Translations under genes and position numbers: made by a program | Part shown: piece by piece, positions 22,320 to 35,106 of the stretch | How positions within the stretch are numbered: the stretch's first letter is position 1 | Layout of the letters: every line of letters begins with the position of its first letter | Assembly (NCBI GenBank): GCA_009602735.1 | Contig: WELA01001079.1 | Span: 62,001 to 126,000 of the forward strand | Direction of reading: 5' to 3' | Origin: Mesotaenium endlicherianum | Taxonomy: Eukaryota | Length of the DNA stretch: 64,000 nucleotides | Notes under the pieces: model-generated | The model's database searches: none | The model's input: the letters and a program-made list of their open reading frames with translations, nothing else | What the model was told of the DNA's origin: nothing

Positions 22320-25300
22320 CGCATGGTATGGGAAGTCTCATCTGGCCTCATCATACAAATTCCATTTTCATATTTCAACGCTTGTCGAAGTGTCGTCTAT
22401 CTCTCTCGCCTGGGTCTGCGCTGGTCTGCGCCCTGAAACAGAGGCTAAGCTGCTCTTTATTCTCACACACCTCGCTCAAGCAGCCATAGGTAAAAATTTG
22501 ATGTGGTGCAGCGTGTGGGCAGGCAAGAAACTCAACCTGGAGAGAAGAAAACTGTTGGGAACTAGATGTGGGCCTATCTTCTGACATCTCTCCTTAGCTG
22601 TCAAACAGACGTTTCCCTCTCTGCTAATTTTTTATCCATAACTTGCGTCCTGTATATTACGCATCAACTCTGAGGTTGGAACGTCTTCTTCTGTCCTCTT
22701 GCACTCCTTGCGTCAGAAACTGTTGTTTGAGAATTTCTTTTCACCTGCACAAGTATGATGACCCCCTCAAAACAGATTCATCTTGTGCCGCTGAAGTGGT
22801 TCAAGCTGCAGCTGCAGCTCTCGCGCGCCCTGCAGATTTTGGCGTGTCCCCTGAAGCCTGCTGAGGTCTTTAGGCAGCTGTTAGCATTTCCTTTATGTCC
22901 CCAGTCCAGCAACGGTGCATGGCCTTTGCCACAATCTTGTTCTCACCTGCTTAATGAGCAGTGCCTTTGCAAATTGCATGATTTCTTTTCACACGGTCTC
23001 GCTTCCGGCACTGGGAGCTCTGCCAGATATGAAAAGCAGTATCAATCAAAAACTCGTCCACAGTTGGACTTGCTGGACTCTGAGAGATGGGACAATGTAC
23101 AGCATGATGTAGTTTCTGCTGGGTTCACTACCAAGTGCCTAGGAGCCCAAGTTTTAGTAGGGGACTTCAGCTTGGGATTCAAGTTGATGGTGAAACCAAT
23201 TTGTTTTCCCAGGCCTTCCTTAGAGGTTCAGCAGGTTCTTTTCCCTAGAGTCAGTCGCCAGTGGAGTTTTTGGCATCTGGAAAATGGCTCGAAACCGTGG
23301 GTGGCAAGGTATATTACTTCGCTACCTGTGGGCAGCCTGTGCGGGGTCCATGGGCAGGATTTAGGGCCTGAGGGTGGGACTTGTTTTCCTGGATTTCAAG
23401 GCCAACTGCCCTTGTCCCTGCGAGACTCGATGTGGAAGCAACCAAAAAATCTAGGATATAAATTTCAATCGCTTGCGTGGAAACAGCAACCACCATGGAA
23501 GCAGCACATTTCAGGTTTTAGCACTGGGGTCAGGCCTGTAGCACAACAGAGCAGTCGTGAGGCTGGAGCTCCTGCCAGCGCCGGACTGCAGACAAAGAGC
23601 GGGCCAGGTGACACCATCGGGCTCAAAGTGGGGGCTAAGACACGGGAGGGGGTCAAGGAGGGCTGCTGGACTTGGGCTAATGTGCTTAACTGGCCTAACA
23701 CCATATCTGGTGCTCGGCTTCTTCTAGGGCCCCTTATTGGGTGGTAAGTGTAGCCTTCCATCATTTCTCAGTACTAAACCTGAAACCCCGTACCCTGCAC
23801 CCTACCCTTTAGACATTTGTTGGCATAGTGACCTGACTGCCTGCGCTCACCTTTTGGGGATGGAGGCACCATGTGGCTTGGCAGGATGGTAATCCACAAC
23901 CACGCACAGCTGGCGCTGGCCTCTCTAGCAGTTGCAGCTGTTAGTGATTGGGTAAGTACATAATTTTCCAGCTTTTCTTTCTCCTCCCCCTAATTATTTT
24001 CTCCCCACAATCCCTTCCTCTTCTTTTCTGTCCAAGTCTATGTGATGTGCCCTGTCTTGCCAAACGAAGTGGCATAATAAGGAGCAAGTATCAAATCTCT
24101 GCATTGAAGTGAAAGCCTACAGTCTTCTGGCTGCCACTTGAGAATCTAGCTATAGTGAGTGACTTAGACTCACATCCTCTTGTGCCTTCGCAGTCTTCTG
24201 TTCCCTCTAGGTTCCACATGTCGCTTATGGGCTGCCCTTGAGTGTTAGCAGACAAAAACCATGCTACAGTGAAGGGCCTTATGTCAGTTGACGGTCACTT
24301 GATGCGCACTTTCCCCTTATGAGCAAATTTTAAGACGTTGACTGAACACTACACCATAGAGCCCAACCATGAATATTCTGAGTTTGCACCCTACAGGGTG
24401 GGTGTTGCAGCTTGACGGCTACCTGGCGCGCAGGCTGCGCGTGAATTCTGTCATTGGCTCCTACCTTGACCCCCTCGCTGACAAGGTACAACCATATTCT
24501 CATCCCTATTTCAAACTGGTACCTGATATTTCAGCCAAGGCAACATAACATACACTGACTTGAATTAGGGGCAAAGTTTCTGGCCAGTCTATCGGCCTTC
24601 CCTGCAAGAACTGAAGTCCTGAAATTTGAGTCTCCTATTTTGTATCCAAGCCTACACATGAGCCTTCTTTAGAAATACAAACTACGCTCATGATGATAGC
24701 CCTGTATTAGACATCTTTCCCTTTGCTTTGCCGTCTCTTCTCAGTTTTTGTTCCGGTGAAAGCATGACTGATTTCTGGTTGCTAGAGTGGGCATGGGTGC
24801 TTTATTAGGCGCGGTACATGTGAGAAAGAGCAGAAACGTCTGCGGATCGTTTTTGCGAGTATGTGTCCCTTTTAGATGACATACTGATCGCCACTGCTGA
24901 AAGAGAGAGACTGCAATTTGTTATGTCCGTTCTGGCTTTACATACCCGTCTTTCTGATATGCTCACTGTGCTCGTCAAGTATTTTTAAGATTTTTTTACT
25001 TTTCCTGCTGTTGCAGGTCCTTACATGTTGTGCATATGCTGTATCCATTTTTACAACATTAAGACTTACTGATGACAAGGACCCTGCACTTGGTTTCAGG
25101 TGTTCACGTGAACGCTATAGCCTGGTTCTCCATTTCTTGTAAACCATGAGCAAATAGAATATCAGGTGCATCTCATCTGCTTTGACTTGCAAGGAGGTTT
25201 AGTGACTTTCAAGTTGGTGCAGGTGCTAATAGCGTGCGTGGCTGTTGCTGTCACGGCACACGGTCTTCTACCTGGTAGGCCTGCGTCCCTTACACATAAT

Positions 25301-27879
25301 TGCATTGACGCGCATAAGCTCATGTGCATACACACGTACCTAAAACCCACCGAGCATTCAATCTTACATTTGTGTATTGCTTTTTGCACCAGCTACTACC
25401 ACGTGCAGCACATGCAACAGAGTTCATTAGCTTGAAGTTACTGTGTGCATGCAGCTTATCTCATTAAAGATATGTTGTTATCTAAAAACTAAAGATGTGT
25501 CTTTTACATGCTTGTCTCTATTGAATTAGGAGCGTTGTATCTCGAGGAGGGGATGAGAAGAACAGGAGAAGGAAGGTGAGGGATTAAAAGTAGGAAGGGT
25601 CGGGGGTTTAGAATCTGACTTTGAAAATTTAATGAACACACCTACACAAATATGGTGCATCTTCAGTAGTTTCTGGCTTGTGTGGCATCTAGATGAAGTT
25701 GATAGCTTAGGGAGCATCTTAACTGCATGAGAAAGAGTGGAAACGGGTCCATCAAGGAGGAGTTTTCTAACAAGGGATGTATGCGGGCGCGCATGCAGTT
25801 TGGCTTGTGAGTTTGGTGCTGGCCAGGGACGCTGCTCTGCTATGTGGCGCCTTCTGGCTGCATGCTAGGTCTCTCTCCTGGAAGGTGCCAATCTGGCACT
25901 CTCATATTTGACTTCTGCTGCTGGAGTCACAGCCCTCCTCTACTCCCTTCTTGTCGCATTATCGCTTTCCCTTGGTTCAGTTGACTCCTGTGTGAAGCTT
26001 GTGCCAGGAAAATGTTTGTGTTTTCTTTGCACATTTGCACGCTCTCGTTGGCCTTTTTATACCTTGTTTGCAACTGATAGGACCCTGTGTGGAAGTACTT
26101 ATAAAACATTTTGGACCTTTTCGTACGGCTACGTCTCTAGACGCTGGCACGAGATGCCTTGTTCATTTCTGAGATGTGTGCAACAGCAGCACCTACAGCA
26201 GCAGCTACTGACTCCTGGCACATGTTAGACAACATACTGTGCAACATGTGATAATTTGCGCACCCCTTTAGCTGGAGGGCGGCTCGGACTCGTGATGTGC
26301 CTCCTTTGCGGTTGAACACCCCACCACAAGCCCCCCTTCCTTCGGCCTGCTTCTCATAAAAGAGGATGATGACATTTGATGGGCCTCCTGCAGGAGTTGG
26401 ACGTTTCTTCCCCACTGGCATTCTCCACCTTGTGCTCGTTACAATATCTTTAAAGCTGGGAGCTTGTTACTCTCTCTGTTGTGTTTCTTGTGTCTGCTTG
26501 CTGTGAAGCTGTGGCGTGATGTTTGTTTCTATGTTGGCAGTGGCGGGGACTGGGTGCAATTCTCAGCATCGTTCCGGGTGAAGCACAGAAAATGGAGCCG
26601 CTCTTCATTTCCAAGGTCGTAAGCTTGCATTTCTTGTTTTTCTTTTGCAATTGGAAGAGCAGCAATTTGTAGGTGTATATTGCAGTTGTCATAGTTTATA
26701 AATGCACACTTGTGGTGATTCAGAAACACATTGGATGTCAACCTCGCGTTCGTGCCGTCACTTAGTTTACATTGATATTTTCAAACAAGCTCTGGGAGTA
26801 ACTTAATGTCCACATTAAGACGTTATATCAGATTGTTTTGTTATTCTCTGGGAAAGGGTAAAGAGCACACCCAACCGGTCTGGGCAAGCCTGCTCCAGGC
26901 AGCACCTTCCTGTTTGACCCCCTGCTAGATGAGAGGTGTCCTATTTTTGCCTCTCTTATTGTGGGACCGCTTGTGTGAAATGTGTGCTGACTTTCTTGGA
27001 GGTCTTGTGTGCCAGTTAGCCGGTTCATTTACTGTGGGACTGCTTGTGTTTGATGCATGCGAACTTTTTGCAGGCCTGTTAGCCAGTTCATTTGATTTTA
27101 TCTACAGAATATGTCAGCAGCTTTGGCAATGAGAAGGATAATGGAATGTGGAAAAATATGTGTAAGGTTTAGTGCGCGCAGTCCTCGTCTCTCTATTTCA
27201 GCCACGCCATTGGAACAGGAGAGAAGAAGAGACCCACTCGCACGCACACAAAGACACCACACGTATAGGCTCACACATGCAGAAGCGAACACAAGAGGGC
27301 CCCTTTCTACCTGTCATGCAGCTGCTGCTTTACGTCCAAACGTGCCCTAGCAATATATGCATGTAGTGGGTCCGTGTGGTGAGAGCAGCGGTACAGGTTG
27401 GCAGGCACCGACAACAAAGGATTCAGCAAGCTTTGTGCCGCAAATGACCTTGCTCTTGTTAACGCCAATGTGTGTGTGCATGCTTGTCATCCTTGAGCCC
27501 CTCCGCAGGATTGTTTTGACTACATAAAGTTTGCGCTCTACTTGCAAAAGGTATTCTTAGATTGTTATGCAATCATCACTATATCCGCATCCCCGATAAA
27601 TTGCATATCTAAACTCTGAAAGAATGGGCGCATGTCTGGTAAGTGGCAGGTGAACACTGTACTGCAGCTGGCGCTGGTGGGAGCGGCGCTACTACAGCCG
27701 GCCTTGGGGGAATCGCTTTCGCCTGCTGTTGCCACCGGCCTGGCCAACCTGATCCCTTCCTTGACGTATTCTTTTTTCTACCACTTGCGCCCTCAACTCT
27801 ACCTTCCTTGCCTCTGGAATAGTGGTGGTCTTGCAATCAACCCAAACACTTCTTTGACTCATCAGCTTGACAGTAGCCC

Positions 27880-28495
27880 AATGTGATCACTACCTAACCC
27901 TAAAAGTTTAGTATCTAAGTATACTGCAGGCCATACTTGCGTCAAGCCGACGACTCAAAGTTGGGCGTTCAAAAATGGCAGTTTGAGGATTGCAAATGAC
28001 TTTCTACTCATATGCTTGCTTATAAGCAGGGAGAACCAGGTGTTTACACAAGTCTAGCAGGAAGGTAAGTGAGATGTCACAAAGAGCATGACGAGAATTA
28101 CTTGCCACCTCTCATGTTGGTGTGCACCATTGTTTATCTAGACTCTTTTGAACATGAAGTATGCTTGTGTTGAAGCTGTCATGCCATCTGTAAAGTATCT
28201 GTAAGGAAAGTTTCTTACAAAACACTAGGAGCCCCGCAAATACCAGGCCTTCACTTTAAGCGATGAGTTGTTTGTGCTGCAGATTTGTGGTGGCGGGTTC
28301 AACCGTGGCATCATGGATTGCCTATGGAGTTAAGTTTGGCACTAAAAAGCGGCCTTGAGGGGCAGGATCTACATTCTCAACCAAATACTATATTTGGAGC
28401 CTACTTTCTCAATTCATAATTTGCAAATACAGATGTACATTTATACAATAAAAGTCCGTGTGCGGACAGAAAACCTTCGCTTCATCATGTGGGGT
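27880..28495 (+). pseudogene. Possible decayed, intron-containing HMGXB3/KDZ-like transposase fragment
   Basis: Frameshift-joined reading GGGF..HHG-IAYGVKF...FSIHN-FANTDVHLYN, with a GTAAG...TGCAG intron candidate. The resemblance is by eye only. Confidence 0.3.
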
Positions 28496-28968
28496 GTCGT
28501 TTGCTAGAAGTACAAAGCTTTCTACAAAGCCTCCTAGTGTGACTGTGTGCATTGAATGCGCCGCCTTTAGCGCCGGTTTTGCAGGGAATATATAGCAGTA
28601 GATGCCCTTGGAAGGACATCATTTTAGAAGTCAATTATGCCAGCTGTGAGTCACAAAGTTATCAGTAAAGTTTACACTTTTACCTTTTGTGTTTCCAGGA
28701 CCACTTAGACTCTCTCTTGTGAAGAGCAAGCCTTCCTAGCTTCCAGTCACTAGAAGAACTTCACGAGTGGTGAGCAAAGTCACAGCTTAGACCCTGCCAC
28801 TGGACTACTTTGAAGATCATGATGTGCTCCCAGTAATCTTTTGGGCCATACTTCATTAGTTGCTTTCCTAAAAGATTTCAGTCTTGAGGTGCTCACTCTG
28901 GAGAGTACACATCCCCCTACTTCTAAAGAGATCTCTCATTGCCTGCAAGCAATTAGAGTCTTGAGGGT

Positions 28969-31700
28969 ATGCCCACCCATAGTGGGGCTATCTTATCGAC
29001 CTTACTACGAAGAGGCTAGTCGCAAGGACTCAGACTAAGACTCATCAACTGCAGGAGTTCCAAATACTCCTTGGAGGAGGCTTACCTCTCAGTTGAGAAG
29101 GAGAGCCTGGCAGCCGCACGGAGCAACATCAGCGACCGTGTGGGCCTCGCATCCACAGGTGTACGATAAGAGGCCGCGGTGGTGCCATCTTCCACGATAC
29201 GACCAGCCCCTGCAGGCCAGCCCCAACAGCAACAGCCTCAGCGCTTGCAGCTGCTTCAGCAGACTTAGCAGTGCGGAGCTCCGCGCAGCCGTATTTCCAT
29301 GGCCGCCACATCGAGCAATCCTTGCTGGTCCTGCGAGAAGATGGGCCACTCTCGACGTGACTGCACGCTCGCGCAGAACAGCAAGCCCGGCGACTGCACC
29401 TACTCTGGCAAAGCTGACCACTTGCAGATTGCTTGCCTACAGGAGAAGCGCGACATCAAGAACGGGCGCGCTCGTGACGAATCCTCCGCCGCGGCAAGCC
29501 AGCGGGGCACGCGCAACCCGTGCACTGGCAGACGGCGTGCGATGATGGCGGCCACCGCCACGATCAACGCCGTGATGACGCCCGGCGAGAACCACTAGAG
29601 CTACGACGCTTTCAGCAACGCGTTGTTAGCAGCCAAAGCCGAGACCGCTTGCCTACACGCTTGCAACGCCAGCTTTGGCTACGGCGCGTGTGGGGTGCGA
29701 TACGCTCGTGCCAACGGCACGCTCCCCGCTCAGGATCTGTCAGTGGCAGACAGGGGCGACCCAATTGGCTGACAGCAGGCAGACGCCCATCCGTCGCAGC
29801 TCGGCTAGCCCATGCCACAGTCCGCCCTTGCGACGAGCCGGCCCCAGCGCCAGCGCACCCAACACGAACGCTGGCGATGGTCCTGGCCTTCACGGCCTTG
29901 CTGTCAACAGCAGGGACAACCATGGTCGGCCTAGCGACAGCTGGCGTCCCCCTACAAGCCCGCCAGACGGCTACGCAGGCCACAATGAACTTCGGCACTT
30001 GCACCGCACACGCATGCGCACGTCTGCGCATGAGGGAGCGCCAGGAGCATTGCTGCCTGCTGCTAGCTGCCAGCAGCTGATTCCAGCAACGGGCGCCACG
30101 CGGCGCGCGTACGGCATCTGAGGCGCCACGCTCCAGCACCAGCATCGTTGTCCGTGGTCAGGCGCCAGGGATGGCGGCGCAAGGTCCATTTCGACGACTT
30201 GGTCTCCTCCTCTTTGGCACGCCAGCTTGAGCAGCTGCGCTTGGCAGCTGCTCCCAGATGCCGTCACTTGGCGCAGGCATATGGCTCGAACCAGTAGATG
30301 CGCAGACGAGAGAGGGGGCCGACATCACCCATCAGAGGGGGGGTACCCCCAATCCTGTCGCATGACCCGATCGTTGGGGAGCCACGGGACGGCTCGCGCA
30401 TGACGTGGCACAGCCAAGGTGTAAACCCTGGCCGCGCACAAAACCCCGGCGTCGCCGCAATCTGCGCTGCCAAGGTTGCACAGGGTCTGCTCGCTCGTAA
30501 GTGGGCCGATCAAGCATTGCACGGAGCACACGCATGTGAGAGCGCCAAAGGATCGACGGCCCGCCTCAGGGGCGACTCTGGAGCGCCACCTAAAGGCCCA
30601 GCATAGGTCCTTCTGGACCCTGCAACCGTGCCGACGCCTGTGCCAGTCCCCACAGAGGCGCCCATCCTCGCCGAGGCGCCAGCGCCACAGCCAGAGTCTG
30701 CACTGGCAGCTTCGCTCGCAATGGCACATGTTGCAGTAGGGTCAACAGCCGCGCCATTTGAGGCCCTAGTTTGTTGTGCACGAACACGGCCACTTGGTAG
30801 TGGTCCGGCATCTCATGAGGCGTCCCGCGAGCGCAAGCTCGTGGCGGTTGCTAGGCAAGCAGCAATCGCACCGAAGCGCGACGGGCTCAACTAGGGACGG
30901 CGTACGGAGGAAGCCCCGCGTCTGCCTTGCTCCTTCCGCGTCTTGGACCCGCCAGCAACGCTAGTCCGGCATCACACGCACTCGCCTCTCCGGTGATGAC
31001 GGTGGAGCTCAACGCCGAGGTGCTATCGATGGCGTTGCACCGCATGCCGGCGGCGTCCTTCGCGGAGTTCGGCGTGACGTTGGAGGCAACTCGGCAAACC
31101 ACCCAGGTGATGCTTTGTTCACGCGCTCTTGGTGCCCGCACGAGCACAGATTGGCCGATAGCAGGGGCTTCTACTGCGATGCTCTCTGATCCCGCTCAAC
31201 CCCCGTACGAGCGCAGGTTAATCAGCAGCCCCAACGCTGCGTTCTTAGACAACGCACAAGGATTCATGTTGGTCAACAAACAGGCCACTCAGCGCATTAT
31301 GTTCAACATTGGCGCAGAGCCAGTTCTGATCAGTCACAGCTATCTCTGGCAGCTGGGCCTCTCCTCAGCCGACCTGGAGGATTTGCCCGTGCGGATCAAG
31401 ACTGCGGCTGGTACATCCAAGTTCGTGACAAGGCGTACTCGGCTGGCGCTCGTCTTCTCATTTCGGCCCGAGACCGAGGATGAGACAACAATCCATCGTC
31501 ACGCGCTCAACACGCGCTCTGACACCTTGACGTTCTCTTGGGGCAGGACGTGCTCTTCCTCATTGGAGTTGCTGTGGATAACTTAACGGAGCGGGCACAC
31601 TATCGGCCCGACTGGCGCACGCAAGGCACGCGCACGGCCTCAATCTCGCTTAACATCCTAGACCGGCGACCTATATCGGCGTCGCTCTACGGCTTCATGG
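28969..31700 (+). pseudogene. gag: Family D gag (internally deleted; two zinc knuckles) and aspartic protease
   Basis: MPTHSGLSY start, CWSCEKMGHSRRDC, CTYSGKADHLQIAC, RIMFNIGAEPVLI (DTGA in the copy at ~52770) and LGQDVLF. Confidence 0.85.
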
Positions 31701-32829
31701 CGTTAGGCGACGATGGTGATAGGCTTGGCGTCACCCAAACAAGCAAGGGCGGCTCGAAGGATGACGACGGTTCTGTTGGGGCAAACCTGCTCCAGCCCCA
31801 GGACGAGGAGCTTGATACCAAGCGCAGAGCTCCACCTCTCACCACAGGATCAAGCGCAGCTGCTGAGAGCGCAGGCCCCAAAGTTTGTGCGCATTTACGC
31901 GGCACAGCACGCCGTGATGCGTCAGATGACAGCAGCAGCGACCGCCGCCGACGACGCCGTTACAACAGCAGTGGCTACGGCTGCTAGAGCCTACGAGCTC
32001 CTCGCAGCCACCGCCAGCGCGGTTCGTCCGTGAGGCGCCTTTGCGTGAGAGGGAGCCCTTGCCCGCCGCACGATCTGATGTCCGCCTACGACAGTGGGAG
32101 TGGCCATGCGGTTTCAGATGGCGTGTCAGCCACCTTCGCCATCAATGCACACAGACGATACCGACCGCTGCACGATTGCCTTGGAGGAGGAGGCCATGCG
32201 CCCGGCCGCCTACGACCTTCTGGCAGATGAGGAGTCGTACGGGATGGCGTCGGAGGAGTCGTACGAGGAGTCGATTGAGGCACCCTCGTAGGCCATGTCC
32301 GTCACGCCTGTCGCTCGCGTTTGCCGCATGCCCACAGTTCCCCTACGCTTCAGCACGCTGATAGAGCCCTCAGGCTTTGACAGGCCTGTTGGTCCCTTTG
32401 GGGTTTGGCCGCTCTTCCTCTGTCGGCCCGCCAGGGTTCAGCTTGCCTACGCCCGCTAGGTCTGGCGAAGCCTTTCGCTGTGTGGCAGGCCCACGGTGCC
32501 AACCCAAGCATGACTGCTCGACTGACGCCAGCTGTCGAAACCTCACGCACAGGCTGTACGACAGAGGTGCCAGAGATGGCAGGTCCGGCTCGTGCGCCTT
32601 TCTTGCTGCTACCTCCAGCACCTCTGACACGCGCGCCAACGCCGCTCGCGCGATTGTCAGCGCACCTGGCACTGCGATGATTGCCGTGCCCATTTTGCGC
32701 TCAGTCATCCGTCCAAAGTCAGGACGAGAACTGCGTGACAGGTTGCGAGCTCTCACTCCGCCGCAGCTCAGGCGCAGTCTTCGCAGCAGGCGCAGTCTCA
32801 CGCCCTCGCCCAAAGGTGGTCAATCTCTC

Positions 32830-32916
32830 ACGCCGCCCTACAGCAATACCCGGGATCGTCCCGTCACTCCGCCCTACCGCAACAGCCGCGATCGGGCAGC
32901 CACCCCGCCGTACCGT
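32830..32916 (+). repeat. 36-bp coding tandem repeat, ~2.4 copies
   Basis: TPPYSNTRDRPV / TPPYRNSRDRAA / TPPYR. Confidence 0.75.
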
Positions 32917-33669
32917 GAGGTGGACAATTTCGAGGATGCCCCGCACTCCACCACGTACGCCACCCACACGCTCTACGATCAGCGGCCACCACTCTTTCGC
33001 AGCCGGCGACAGGCCTAACGGCTTACCTCTCTCCAAGGAGGGCCGCACCAGTACCCGCGCGTGCAACTCCAGGCCCGGACGCCGCTCTGCAGCCGTCGAC
33101 AACCTGGCGCGCCGCCACCCGCATCTTGACGATCAGCTGCCGCTTCACCCGCAGCTCCGTGCCCAAGTGCAGCTGGCGCCTTGCCCGCCAATCACCAGTG
33201 CGTGTCCGGCAGTTTGCTCATGGTAAAAAGCCCGCTGGCAGCGCCAACCTGGTGAACCTCCCGTTCCACCAGCGCCAGCAGGCCTACTACGACCCGCACC
33301 CGTACCTGCCCCAGCGCCCAGTAATGGACCAGCTCACGTACGCAAGATCATGAGGCCAGGCGCAGGTGGCAGCTCACATGCGTGCCATGGCCCAGTCACA
33401 TTCCACGCGTGTGCCCTCTCCCATCTTGCAGGATGCTCGAGACAGGTGGCGTCAGTTACAGGCCCACGCGCGCATTGCCTGGCCCCAGCCGCTGGCTGGG
33501 TCTATTTTGCATCTTACGTGCAATTACGCCGACCGCGCAGTCGTTGCGCTCCGCATGGCTCCTCACTAAGCCAGCATGGCCCGTATATACCCGCCGACAA
33601 CAAAGCCAGGCGATCCTGCTGTGGGTCTTTGCCTCCTGCCATGCTGATCTACACGGAACAGCTGCATGA

Positions 33670-34610
33670 GCAGCTTGGCGGCATCGTCCTGGTGGAGCTG
33701 TTCACCGACATTGCTACTGGGTTGCTGGCTACCCTGCAGGTTGGTATTCCCGTCCGGCTGTACGTCTACGTCAACTCTGAACCTGAGGCGCAGCAGATCG
33801 CCCAACGCCACACGGCGCTCTATCACGAGCACTTTCCATTTGCGCCTTCCGCCTGGCGCAGACCGCTTGGCCCTTGGATGTACGCAATGTCACCGACGTG
33901 ACCCTGACCCCCCTCAGCCACGTGGACCTCGTCAATGCTGGCTGGGAGTGCCACGGGTTCTCCATCGCCGGTCGCGGCGGGGCCCTCAGTGACCCTTGCA
34001 CGGCGCTTTTTTGCACCTTCTTTGCGTCCTCAATATGGTTGAGGTGCGCCAGCCATCTCACTCCCTCGCGTGGGTCTTGCAAAATGTGGCGGTGCGCAAC
34101 GACAACCGGGCCAATGTTTGGGCCAACTTTGAGCTCTGCAACAGCTATCTTGGGCGCAAGGCCGTCATCAACGCTGCGCATTGGGTCCTTCGCCCACCGC
34201 GTGCGCGCCTACTTCATCACCCTGGCACGCTGGCGGCCCTAGCAGCCGCGGACGCACGCCACAATCGCACCATCAACTCCATTCTTGATGTCTTGCGATT
34301 GGCCCAACGCGTCACACCTTTGGCCCACCCATCACAGGCCCAGTGTGAGTTGCTCGGCAACGTCACGCGCGCCCTGCCAACATTCGTCAGCCGCTACGAC
34401 AGCGGAGCCTACATCGGCGCGGCCCGCGAGATGATCATCGACCTTTTCTCCGGCCTGTATGAGCGGTCGCGCGCCGCGGAGATGGAGCGCGCTATGGGTT
34501 TTCCGCCGCATTTGACCAGGTGGATGGCATCACCGAGGTCAACCGCATTTGGCTCTTCGGGCAGGCCATTGATGCCAACGTCTTGACATGGACTCTTTTG
34601 CAGACGCAGG
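33670..34610 (+). pseudogene. C5 cytosine DNA methyltransferase domain within the retroelement polyprotein (frameshifted)
   Basis: Motifs occur in canonical order: I LVELFTDIATG, III DV, IV DLVNAGWECHGFSIAG (Cys codon 33949-33951), VI WVLQNV, VIII GSFAHRVRAYF, IX EMERAMGFP, X RIWLFGQAID. Confidence 0.9.
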
Positions 34611-35106
34611 CCTTCACACCCCTCCTTTTGGAGGCCCGTCATCCCGAGCTTCCCCGCCGCCTGGACGAGCCCAACGACGACTCCTTTGAGGACGACGGCA
34701 CCCAACCTTCTCCCGGCACTCGCTGGCGCTCTCAGCGGGGAGCGCCTGCCCTACAGGCCCCTCCTTATGGCGCGTACCAGCCGCCTCTTGCAATTGACTT
34801 CGACTCCGGCTCCCCGGGGGGGAACGGCGGAGGTAGGAGACACAGCGGGCCAGGGAGCCGCATCGCTCCTCTTTTTTTTTTCCTTTCGCACGCCAGCAAG
34901 CAGCTCCTACAAGTCAACTGGCAGTCGCAGGATAGGTGCGAGCAGGAGCAGATGCAAGGTAGCTGCTCTCTTCCAACAGACAGGCGACGCCAGCAGGGGG
35001 GCCGAGCTCTGCAGCAGCAGCACTGGAGGAGACAAGTGCAGGGCAGGCACCACCCCCAGCAGCCCCTACACGGACGCTGGGGGGGGCCCTTACCACGGCG
35101 CAGGCA

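Noticed and set aside
22755..23747. 330-aa ORF
   Set aside because: No recognisable motif or homologous copy in the window, so it cannot be supported as a gene.
29600..33600. Many overlapping ORFs on both strands
   Set aside because: These are expected by chance in GC-rich DNA, and most are alternative frames of the decayed polyprotein.
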